Of a stretch of 64,000 bases of DNA, positions 48,201 to 60,754 are shown piece after piece. Within the stretch, counting starts at the first letter, position 1, and every line of letters begins with the position of its first letter. Origin of the DNA: Ruditapes philippinarum (Eukaryota); the NCBI RefSeq assembly GCF_026571515.1, contig NW_026854858.1, positions 1-64,000 of the forward strand, read 5' to 3'. A model generated the notes under the pieces. It was not told the DNA's origin. It saw only the letters and a list, made by a program, of their open reading frames with translations, and did not search any database. A program made the position numbers and the translations under genes.

Positions 48201-51025
48201 CACTTGTGACATAAATTGGTAGTGATTCGTACGTCTGTCCTTTTGGATGAATGTAAATAATCTATGTTGAAGAAACTCAGTTTGTTATATCGACTGATCC
48301 CGGTGAAGAATGTCCATTTTCCAGAAACAAACTTGCATTCTATGAATACAGGAAACACATAACGTTTGACATACATGACGAATGACGTTTACATGGTATA
48401 ACCATACCATTCTTTTTTCATGTCGACAAAGCAAACAAGAATATTAGTTTCACGATTCAAATACATATTATGTAATCATACAGTTTAAATTCGAAAATCC
48501 GATATTTTGATAAAGACATTGTTGTTGCGATTCCGTGTTAAAAACCAAGTCTGTGAAATTATTTCGGATTCCAAGCCATGTAGGTATAGAAGGAAAAGAA
48601 AGTGTAAACGTTTAGATTGTCCATTGGAAAGACATAAACATGTGTTCTACGGTTCAACTGACTCATTTTAAAATCTTGTACTAACTGTTTGGTTTAAAAT
48701 CTGATCTGTAAGAGGTTACACTTACTCTACCAAAAGTTTAAATTTGTAAGGTACTGTATGGAATGCTGAATGTTTTTCAAGCTTTGCGAACATTATTCCA
48801 TCAATTTTGACAACATGAAAATGTCTTGTTAGGCTGTCAAGGTTGTATGACCTATATGGTCCCCAGCTTTATAACTATGAAGAAGAAAGAAAGAAAAAAC
48901 ACATTTCAAGACATATAACACTTTACAAAACATATAATACAGTTTGTAAGGTTAATATAACTGACCAGTTAAAAGTAATGTAGTGTTTTATGAAATACCA
49001 ATAGCCGTATTTGTAAACCAATGTTTTTTCCGTAGCATTCTATTATCAATTAAACTACTTCCGCTTGTAATACCCCGGAAAATATCCGTTGCAGCAGGCG
49101 GCATGTAAACATAGATGAAAACTGATGGTAACTTTGATACTTTCAATGTTCATAAATTTGCACATTTGGGTATTAACAAATAATTAATATTGTTACCATC
49201 TACGGACTGAAATGACATTTTACACCTTATGAATTTCAATTTGCAGTAGGTTTAACATTTCTGACATCTGGGCCACTACGGTAAAAAACTATGCACGCGC
49301 AAAGTGGTGTCGCTCTTAAAAAAACACTGTAGGAACGACAACTTTTTTCAAATGATTAAATATATATTGCGACCAAATATTAAATGCACTGGTGTAGTTT
49401 AGACTAAAATCCCTAGGTCACGACACAAAAGCATCACCCAATTAATGATGTCCTAGGCTTTGTACTGTATGACAAGACAGACAATTGTATATAACGTAAT
49501 ATCTTGGATTATCAAAATATAAAACTAGTCAATTACAACACACTAAAATGCAATAGAATAAGCTAGTATAATATTATTTGGTATGGATAGTTATTCTAGA
49601 TTTTTATTTTCGCAACAGAATGCAATCATAAATAAATTTGAGCAATTATGGTAAAGAAAGAATCGTACTGTTGTATTTTACATTATTTCTTTAATCTACC
49701 CCTTATGTAAAAGAATTTAATTCTTTATATTAACTTCATTTATTTTAGCACATATTTTGTAAAGCGAGTTTAAAGATACTGTAACACAAATTTAGTCAAA
49801 TTTTACAATAAGAAATGAATGCATATATTTTAATGATAACATAAAAATATGCACAAATATTTGCAGTACAAATTTTTCATTTTCTTTGATGTTTGAAAAT
49901 TGTTTTATTTGCATAATTATGTACATATATAATTTCACTTCGTGTGGTTTACACTTTGATCACAACATACAGGATCTTGAACCAATAGTTAAAGAATATT
50001 TAATCCTATTTTGTAGCGTTTTGCATCTTCAGCACGAATAACAATAATTAAATGTATATGATGTCATTTCTCATGTTTAGTATTCGGCTGATTGATCAAT
50101 GACGTTTTATGTATGGGTGACAAAGTGAACTTATGTCACTGATACATAATTCTCTAGCAATCTACATAGTTAGCAGTTTGTAATGGAGATAAAACAACGC
50201 CCAAAGGAATCATTGCCACAAACGAATTTCAAGGAAGTATCTTAAAGTTGTAAGTGTCGAATTGAGCAATATTGTTAATGACAAAAGCGGAATCCCAAAA
50301 GGACACTCAAAGAGGCAAAATTGCAAATGATGCAAGGTCGGATTGATTGAACTTATTAAAGACTTACAGTAAGTTGCGTATTGACAAATATTAAACGTGT
50401 TATCAAATATATTAAGAAACTGAATAAATATTATAAGGATTTGTGTCCTGATATATCTTCATCATGTGACAGCTCGTTCAAATTTCTAAACACTACAATA
50501 GTGTTATTATAATCATTTTGAACGAGTGATGTTTGCAAAAATTAAATATGAAGGTCGCATTACATTGTCAAAATATATAGTTGTTCTGTGAGCTAAGTTA
50601 TTGAAAAAGATATTCTGAAAAGATTTTGTGTATTTTTCATCTTATGCAGATTTCACTTTTGTTTTATTTTTAACAAATTTTAAAGAATATTAAATTTAAT
50701 TTTATATATTTTAAAGGCCCATTACGCCTCAGGAATGTTTTTATTTTCATTTCACAAACGCTTTCTTAATATTAGTGTCCTTTTAAAAAATTCCAAAAAG
50801 TTACCCATTGACTAGTTACCTAAATCATCTTTTGCATTTTAGCAATAAGTACAGATATAGTACATTATTATTTTGTACTGAAGACAAATCAATACTTTAC
50901 TAACATTTTATGACAGGTAACAGGCATGTAACATTCTCTAAAACCTTTATTTAAAATTTATATTTATGTTTGCATTTTCTTAAGAAATAAACAGTATCAT
51001 ACACTGTGCCTATAAAAGATAAAAA

Positions 51026-52215
51026 TACAAGAGCCATGTCAACATGGCCATCCCCCGCCGAATGTGTTTGCTCATTGGAAGAATGTATATGTAGTAGAGC
51101 AGAATAATTCCATTTTAAGAGTTTTTTTGGTAATTAAAACTGATGGCTATAGTGATTACAAATTTGAAACCTATGTGAATACTGATGGCTGAAAATAACA
51201 AAAGGCAATAACTGAAAAAACATGCAGGGTAGGTTATCATTCGTGTGTGCTGCATCCCTCCTCAGTAAAATCTATCCACCTATGAAGTTTCAAGTTGATA
51301 CCTCAAATACTTTTTGAGAAAAAAAATTGAATTGAAAAATTAAGTATGAAAAATAACAAAGGGCAATAACCCAAAAATTATAAAAGGTAGAGTTATCAAT
51401 ATTGTGCACTGCACACCTCCTGAGTTAGATCTATGCACCTATGAAGTTTCATGTTGATATCTCAAAGGCCTTTCATGTTGATATCTCAGAGTTATGCTCT
51501 GATCAAAAATTAATTTTGAAAAATAACAAAGGGCGATACTAAACAATTATGCAGGGTAGATGTATCGTTCATGTGCACTGCACTCTTTCTCAATGAGATC
51601 CATCCAGCTATGAAGTTTCAAGTTGATACCTCAAATACTTTTTGAGATAAGCTCCGGACAAAATAGTATGAAAAAGAACAAAGGGCAATAACTCAAAAAT
51701 TGTATAGGGAAAAATTATCATTCTTGTGCACAGCATTCCTCCTCAATAAGATCTATCCACCTATGACATTTCATGTTGACATCTCAAACACTTTTTGAGT
51801 CATGCTCCACCCAGGTAAAAAATTAAGTATGAAAAATAACAAAGGGCAATAACTCAAAAAATATGAAAGGTAGAGTAATCATTCTTGTGCACTGCACACC
51901 TACCGAGTGAGATCTATGCACCTATGAAGTTTCATGTTGATATCTCATAGGCTTTTTGAGTTATGCTCTGGACAAAAATTAATTTTGAAAAATAACAAAG
52001 GGCAATAACTCAAAAATTGTGCAGGATAGAGTTATCACTCTTGTGCACTGCACTCCTCCTCAATGAGGTCTATCCAGCTATGAAGTTTCAAGTTGATATA
52101 CTTTTTGAGATATGCTCCGGACAAAAATGTCGGACGGAAGGAGGGAAGGTCGGACGGACGGACGGACGGAGACTATTACTATATCCCCCGCCGCCTTTTC
52201 GGCGGGAGATAATAA
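51026..52215. mobile_element. Helentron-associated non-autonomous element (HINE-like) carrying six ~160-bp satellite monomers
   Basis: Six AAAATAACAAAGGGCAATAACTC... units (~51190-52125), (GACG)n microsatellite, terminal hairpin TCCCCCGCCG-CCTTTT-CGGCGGGAGA, TCCCCCGCCG repeated at the opposite end (51051). Confidence 0.85.
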
Positions 52216-52289
52216 AGTGACACCTATCAATTTCGTTTGGTCTCCGTGTTAAGCATTGATTCTCATAGAACCTGACATATATAGACGTA

Positions 52290-52780
52290 TGAATTTCTTA
52301 ACAGTGTTCGTCACATCAAGTGTCGTTTTGGTGGTTGACCTGTCTGTGCTCTGTCTTTTGCCCTTTCCTGTTTTTGTTTGGGGTCCGCCTGGGATCCTTG
52401 CCAATGGTTCTTATTGCTGGGTCGTTTGAGGTTGCGTTCATTGAATGTTGATCGTTATCATATTTTATTGATAGTGACATTCACCTTACCACATATGTTT
52501 TCCCTTGTTTGTTTGTTTGTTTGTTTCATTCTACGCCTTTTCCCAACAGTATTTCAGTCATATAGGCGGGTAGTTTCCTAAACATCGTTCCTAGAGAGTT
52601 GTTATTTATGTTTGATTTATTTAAAGTAACATGAATTAAATATGTAAAATTTTTTGCCATAGGCCTAAAAACCAAGCCCAGGCGGACCCCAAACTAAAAC
52701 AGGGCAGGGCACAAGACAGAGCACGGACAGGTTAATCACTAAAATGATAAATAATTTGTAACTGAGACAGTGGTAAAATT
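52290..52780. mobile_element. MITE-like element with ~70-100 bp inverted repeats hosting the truncated SINE
   Basis: GACCTGTCTGTGCTCTGTCTTTTGCCC...TTTGGGGTCCGCCTGGG (~52335-52393) is the inverted match of CCCAGGCGGACCCCAAA...GGGCACAAGACAGAGCACGGACAGG (~52677-52730). Related fragments at ~41120 and ~61270. Outer ends approximate. Confidence 0.6.
52505..52600 (-). mobile_element. 5'-truncated copy of the same SINE
   Basis: (TTTG)n followed by CATTCTACGCCTTTTCCCAACAGTATTTCAGTCATATAGGCGGGTAG matches the 3' part of copies 1 and 2. Confidence 0.8.
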
Positions 52781-55700
52781 ATGCGTAGATAAGTTTGTGC
52801 TGCTTTGACTATTAGATTTTTTAAAATCTTTTATTTATAGATTTGAGAACAAGATGTATCGCACATGTCCGTAATTCAGCTTGTCTGTATATTATCATTT
52901 TCACTGTTTAAATTGAGCACATTCATTCTATTCATGAACTATACAGCATAGCAACCCCAACCGCTTCTACACAAAAGCATTCAAACAAACTGTGGAACAC
53001 AATTTACATAGATACTTCAATGGAAATTGCTTTTAATTTTTATTAATATTTTTCGTCTTGTTTCAGAGTTTTGATAGAATACTTTTGATTGTGTCTACAC
53101 ACAATTGTTTGAGTATTTGAAATCAAATGTACAATTGCAGAAATAAAATAATATGGAAAACCATATCAAGCCAGTCTTTTTAGCAATTCAACAGTTGAAA
53201 TGCTAAGAAATGGGGATTGTGCAAGGGACGGGGTTAAGGCGGGAACGGACAACGATGCATGAAACAAAATATTTAATTTCAAACAAAACGTTGTATTTGA
53301 GTTTACCCTAGATATTAAATATGTAAAACTTTTATCAGCATTGAATTAAGTGTTCCATTACACGAATAATGATCTACATCACTGTGAAGCCATGCACCTG
53401 GGGTTTCGCATGTGGATTGTTTTCAGTTTTTCAGTGTAAATTTGAAATTTTCAATTTGTTCATGCATAACTCAAAAAGTATTGATCTGTAGGCCTGGTCA
53501 GTACGTGTACTGATGCACCTTTGGGTTTGCTTGTGGATTGCCTTTTACTTAGTAAACCTTTGTAGATTTCAACTTGCGGTACATGTAGCCCACTAACTAT
53601 GTACATGTAACCTAGAGTCATATGATTGACAAAAATGGAGATGGGACACCCGTATCCTATGGTCACATTTCTGGTTTTCAATCTATACGATATGCCTCCA
53701 GAGTCATGCACATTTTCATGAAAATTTTGAAAATGCATTAAAAAGTAAAATATTGTTAATAAATCAAAATGTTGCAATTTACACATTACAAACAGCACTC
53801 ACAAACCATGAAAATTAGAAAATGAAGTCTAAATATTCTAAAAACAGCCGTAACTGCGTTAGTATCACAGTGTCAAGCATAACATATAAACTATTTATTT
53901 AAATGTAAATACGTTTACTTTTCCTAAAATGTGTGTTTTTATTGATTGTTTTATTGAATATTCTGTCTCATCTGGAAGCATGCAGCTTTAAACATGCGTC
54001 TTAATTGAGAAATTGGGAAAATTTAAATCTTACTTAACACATTATTTATATCATGCGTACGTATTATTGTTAACAAGTAAGTATTGAGTAAAGTGTCAGT
54101 CACTACCAAGTTCGTACCTCCTTATAATGATTTGACATGGTTATGTAATATTTTATTATCTCGTATAAAATGATATAATATATTATCTTATAATTATAGT
54201 ATTCAGTAAGCGCAATTACTTGTTTTACTTAATACATTTTATAGATAAAAAATACCAGCAGTAACTTAACGTTCTTCAAAACGAAACACATGTTCAAAGG
54301 GATGGCGTAAAGCAAGGTGGCATAAGCATGTTCCTGAACTTGATTGTATAAAGCTAATATCACTTACCATCATTAAAAAATTCTTACAACATTTACAGAA
54401 TTTACAATTATAGTTCATTGCTGTTTATCCTTTAATTTCTGCCAGGATTGTATATTGCTTTTGGGTTTGTTATTGATATTTTTTCTCAGTACAATTCATT
54501 GCATGCACACGTACCATATCATACGCATGTTTATGAGATATGTTGTCACGAGCTAAATCAGGCTTTCCGTTACAGACAAAATTGTTCAGAATAAAAAAGT
54601 GTACTGACGTTAACTTCAGCCTAACAATGATCATAATCTGCTTCCATATTATGGTCGTTGATAAAATTAGAAAAATAATTCCCAAACGTAGACATTAATG
54701 CTTGTATTTATGCCGTTATAGGGGATTTATTCTTTCCTGCTTTCGGTTAAGACACACATTAGTTCCTGTTTTTGAGCAAGTAACGGTCGCCCAACGTTAT
54801 GCGTCATTTGAAACATCATTTGGCACTTTGCTAAAAATTGAGCAAAAGTAGATGCGGATGACATTTCAAGTTTGTGACAGAAAAAAATTGTTACAGCAAT
54901 TAATCTTATGAGTAAATACCATGTTCAAATCCATGTTTAAAATCTAAACTTTCAGTTTCAGTATCATTTCTATTTATTATACACAGAGCATGCAGTTTGA
55001 TGTTGAACGGAAAAATTATGATAAACGATATTGTTTTATCAATCGAACATGACTGCTTTAGTGGAGATCATTGAAACTTTTGATACTGACCATTCAAAAC
55101 ATGTATCTATAAAAATATAATAACTTCTAAACATCATAATAATTATGCTGTAATTTTCAAACGAAATTTTTTTTGTGAGTGTAAATGGGATATTTATTTT
55201 TATATTATAATTATTGGCTTGATTTCCGTTAAGAGTAATATGTCGCAGGAAATACCCATTTCTCAATGTTTCTGTTATATTAGCCTTTCAGACATTTAAT
55301 GATACGTGTCCAAGTGACAAGAAATAATAATGATTATCTTAGAAAAACAAAAATGTTTAAATACGGATGAAAACAAACTACTACAAGTTAGATACTGTAG
55401 TTTTCGTTATCTCTACTTCATGATATGATTGTAAAGTATAATTGTCTGCATCATGTGTAATTTAACACTACATCGCATTAAACTAACCATGTATCTATAC
55501 TTAAATAATGCAGCATATACTCGTTAAAATTTTAAGAAGTATAGATTCCTTCAATGTTTATATTCTCTTTAGTTTACCGAAAAAGCTTTGAACTGTACAG
55601 AATATTTTTCATTGCATTTTCATCATTTATTTGATTTAAGGCTGTCCTGAAAGAACATGCTAAAATATATGTCCCAATCAAGTTATAAAATAAATCCGTT

Positions 55701-58482
55701 GTTGCTTACACCTAATACCTCTAAAGTAAATCATAAGATGTGCCTTCATGTCCTTATCATGTTTTATCGATATGGAAATTTATGAAAATATATTATGAGG
55801 AAATAGGACTATATTTAAAAATTGAGAATTATCTTATTTTGCAGACGATAACCTTTGCGTACATATTGTTTACCTCCTAAAGAATTCGGTCGTCCACACT
55901 ATAAATGTATCAAACAATTTAACATTGCAAATAGTCAATCAAATTAGATAAAATATACATTACTGTTTGTTCTTTTCAAATTCAATTAGAGCGTCTTGTA
56001 TGTTCCTAAGAAACGCAACCACTTTTTTCAAAATTGCCTTAACGTAAATTGCATTTGATTCAACCGACATTCTTTCAAATAATTTCAGGTATGGTATTTT
56101 ACAAACAAGCCATCAACATATTGTGTTTATTATTAGATGATAGTAATACTTATTTTATTTAAGATTATGGAACACCTATATAGATATACCACAGTGTAAT
56201 ATCATTTCATATGTGTCTGTTTTTCACTATCTAGATACCGGTACATGTTTTCCTTAATGTTTCAGTTCACATTCCTGTTTATATTGCTTTTGAGTTAAAG
56301 TTTCAATATTAGCATATCTTGCTTATAACAAATCATGTTTTCAATAAAACAGTATTTTTGGCGCTCATTAGTGTTTTCATAAAACATTTTATAAAGTTGA
56401 ATTAACATTGGGCATGCGAATGGGGCTGTAAAAAATATTTATTTTGACATGTTGTTGTATCGTGTTCATTGGCAAGTGCGTTAAAACTTCCTTATTCCAT
56501 CATGAACCAGTACAACACGATTCAAAGGATATGTTTAATGTTGAAATCTCGTGTGTGGATACATAAGGCGAATTTTATATTTTAATAACAAAGGATTGCA
56601 TTTCATGAGTGTCTCTTTTCTCTTAACCTGGTTTTTGCTTATTTTTGTCCGTTGTTACAAATCAAATCATGTATTAGGTTTGTAAAAAAAACCCGCAATG
56701 ACAGTTTATCTTTACGCTGTAATAGAGCCGTATATTGTAAACTTAGCTTTGACAAATCTTAAAAAGATTTCGAAATTATTTCAATGCGTTATTTTTTGTG
56801 GAATAAAATGATGCTAAAGATTAACGTCATCAAATTCCTGCCGTTTTTTTTCTCTCACAATATGTTAACGTAATAGCTAGGTAAATAACTTAAGTCGTAG
56901 GAAGAGAATTTCAAAAAAAACTGAATGTGAACGAACTAAAATGTCATTTGCAAATAGTAATTAAAATTGATTTAACATCAATGAGCAAAATAAGCAGGAA
57001 TGATTACAATTACATTTGTAAGCCCGACAGATAGTAACGTAATTGTGTCAATGACAGTAAGAAACCCGCTAAAGTTCACCAATGTCTTCAGACGTTTCGT
57101 TAAGAAATTTATTAATTAAATAATTAACAGCAAAATAAGAAATATATGTTCAATACTTTTCCACATACACTATATGATAATTTGGCTAAACAAATTCTAT
57201 GGCTTGTAGTTGATTCACCATTATTTCATGCGACTTAATATTATCAAAACATTTCAAATGCACAAACATAAAGTAACAATGAATACATTGCTCTAAATAT
57301 ACGAAGTCAAACAGCTTATCGTCTCTTGTAGAATTTAACAGTTCTCTGTCGGAAAATTTGATCCTATAACAGTTCGACATTTATCTCATCAACATTTGCC
57401 TACTTAGCTGTTTTATATTACAATACTTAAACAACTTAATGACATATTTGTAAGTACGAAACACCGTCAGATAGAAGATAAAAAGATGTTTTCGACAGCA
57501 AAATAGACGATATTTACGCATTTTATAGTATGTGCGGATTTGATCCCATCAGTAAATGTGTATGTCGATTAGCAACATCAGGAAATATTAACACAATTAC
57601 AGAAACTGTATTGTTACATGAGTGTTTTAAAACGATCTCGTAAGATTATTAAGATGTTAGATGATGAAAATACAAGTCTCGGTCGCACATTTTCGCTTAT
57701 AATCTGTGTATATCAGTTTCTGTAAACAACTGTTTGAATCTAATAACTTGGAAAATGTCAATTTGCATATACTTGTCGACAATTTGTGGCTTGGCATAGA
57801 TAAATCACGTTGATTTAAACGTCTCTTGCTTGAAGTGAATTTAGACTGATACTTGCTTTGAAACATTTATCAGTTTTTTTAAAAGTTACAAGGTCAGTAA
57901 ACCTTTCTCCTCTATACAGAGCAAAAGCTAACATTTTTAGCACGGAAACCGTGTATTTATGGCTAAATTAATAAGATTATGATAATAAAGTTCATTTAAA
58001 TTAGGAAAAATGTCATACTGAATTGACACATTGATATGCCTAACGTTCTTTAATCACAATGGCATTGTTGATCGAGCAGAAGTTTCGATGACTGATGTAA
58101 CGCAATGCAAAAAAGGGAAACCAGTGTTATAACGATAACCAATATTTGTATATAAACATTTCAGGATAAAAAAATAGATTTTGTTATTATTATCTCGCGT
58201 TTTTCTTTCTTCTATAATATTTGTTAAGATTCCGTTTTATAAAATTTGTATGAAAATGTCATTGTACTCATCCCAGTAAAAATAATATACTTCATCAGTA
58301 TTTTACTGAAGCATGTCAGCCGTTTCACGGAGAGAGTTCTTTAAAAAACTTTTTAGGCTTTCTACCAATCTGTAAAATGATATAAAGTATTTTATTATGT
58401 AAATGAAAAAATAAATGCTAATAAAATAATGATTAAACTCAGCATGTCAGTCATTTATAGCTTGGGAGTTTGTCCTATATAT

Positions 58483-58674
58483 GAGCCGCGTCACGACAAA
58501 ACCAACATAATGGGTTTGCGACCAGCATGGATCCAGACCAGCCTGCGCATGGATCCGCACAGTCTGATCAGTATCCATGCCGTTCGCTATCAGTTTCTCT
58601 ACTTGTTATAGAGTTGGTAAGCGGATGCATGCTGGTCGCAAACGTACTATGTTGGTTTTGTCGTGACGCGGCTC
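58483..58674. mobile_element. MITE with GAG...CTC termini and ATAT TSD (Sola2-like)
   Basis: TIR GAGCCGCGTCACGACAAAACCAACATA...TGCGACCAGCATG matches the inverted right end; ATAT at 58479-82 and 58675-78. Confidence 0.85.
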
Positions 58675-59511
58675 ATATCTTATTCAGATATCTAAAAGTA
58701 ATAGTGGCGTTTCATATGCCGCTCAGAAAGTTAAACAGTTTAATTATCTTATTTTTTACTTTAAAATGTCCGTCCATTACAAAAGGTGTTATCATAATTG
58801 CATTTCTGACCTCCTTAAGATTAAATGATTAACAACTAAATAATTAACTTCCTTAGTCTACTGATGCCCACAGCCAAATGAATGATAAGTTAATTGGACA
58901 CTATCTTCACATATTCCTGTAAGCAACGGAATGAAAAGTTATTTATAAAACATGAAGAAATATTATTAACATCGTTACCTTTTGTGAAATTCTGCATGAT
59001 GAATCTATACTGTATACCAGAAATGCAAAAACAAGATGGAATCTTTCATACGATTGTATACACTTAAAAACAATTCCATATGCTAATAAAGACTATTTGA
59101 ATAAACATGTAAAAACGCTATGGAACTTTTGTAATTTGTAATTATGAAATAATTATTTTCTAATATATAATATTTCATTCTTTTTTGTTTTAGACATAAG
59201 ATTCGGAAATATTCTAATGCTTTTGTATAATTGGTTACCGGCTGTAATGAACACAACTGTATTTTATATAATAATTATGTAAGAGCATAGTATTACGTGT
59301 TTAGTATATATATTGTATTTAATTAGCAAGTGAACTTAGCAAACGAAACACAATTCTACAATTTACACAAAACACTATTGGCATCAAAGCTGTTGGTATG
59401 AACGCATTTGAAAAGTTGTTAAAATGCGGTTGTTTAAAAACCAAAACTGTCTTACTATCAAGTTGAATTACACGCATGATATTGCAACAAAATACGTTCA
59501 ATTTGATGTAA

Positions 59512-59864
59512 AAGGACCATTATGCCTCAGAAATGCTATTAATTTTATTTCTCATTTTTATTGTTGTTAATTTTTGGTATTCCAAAATATAGTCATTTGC
59601 CATATAGATTAATTAGCTTTTGCTACTTTTGCTTTATTGGCAATTCGTTTAATTATAGTGAATAAATATTTTGTATGGAAGTCAAAAAACTAAAATAATT
59701 TTGTTTACATTTTGCTACCTGTATGACACTGCACATTTAGTGCTACTTTCTTCAGTCTTTAGATGTTTAATATGCTCTAAATCCATTATTAAAATATCAT
59801 CAAACACATGATTGACATTTCTTAAACAATTAATAAATAGGGATTTCTGAGGCATTTTGTGCCT
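59512..59864. mobile_element. TTAA-type MITE (Kolobok-like), second family
   Basis: AAGGACCATTATGCCTCAGAAAT ... ATTTCTGAGGCATTTTGTGCCT|TTAA; related copies at ~16168-16460 and from ~50711. Confidence 0.6.
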
Positions 59865-60754
59865 TTAAGTGCACACGGTAAACATACTGTTTGATGATTT
59901 CAGTTCTTGACAGGTATGCATAATAATTACACTTGTCTAGTTAAATGCTCGGATTTACGAAAGTCAGACAAATCATCAATCATGTCTTTGTCGCATTAAC
60001 AAAACTCTTTACCCGTGTTAATAAACGCTTGATAGATACCATTAGTAAGCTTTATAATGATCTTGATCACATCAATCTCGTCATTTTTGCCGTGTGTAGG
60101 AGTCCAAATGTATAAAAGGTTGTCTACCTCGAACCTGACAGAGAATGTTCAAAAATACAGTTTGTACTTTAGTGAAACGCTTGACAAAGCAGCAAAGTCA
60201 AAGTGTTCCTTGCAACGTTCATGTCGTTACTGAACCGCGAAGTAAATAATTTTAAGAGTTGAAACGTGTAAAGTCTTAATAAACAATTGCTTCCTTACTA
60301 AAGGGTTTTGCTGCTTGCATTCCAAAGTATTTAGTTTGGTGCAAGTAACCATCATCATTTCTATGATATCAGTTTGAAGTCCGTATTCATTGTCATTAAT
60401 TGAAATTTGGACTTACTTGTTAAGACGGTGCTACGGGGCATGGACGGAGCTTGTACGTACCGTCCATGAACAGACTCAGTCAAACAGAGCCTGCAGCATT
60501 TTCAATTTGCCGTTTTTGACGTTATTTAGGAATTATACCGTTTTTCTCTATTTTGTTGTCACAATGTTTTTGTGGCGACCGTTAAAAGTCTAAAAATAAA
60601 ATGTTATTCTTTTGTACAACATGTAAGATAATGTATCTGTTTGATATTAAAATTTCATGAAACAGCCTTAGAAATTATTTCCCTTAAATCATATTTTTAT
60701 GTAACAGAATGTTGTGTAGATGAGCTGGTTTGCATGTTGACAAGTGATTTTAAA

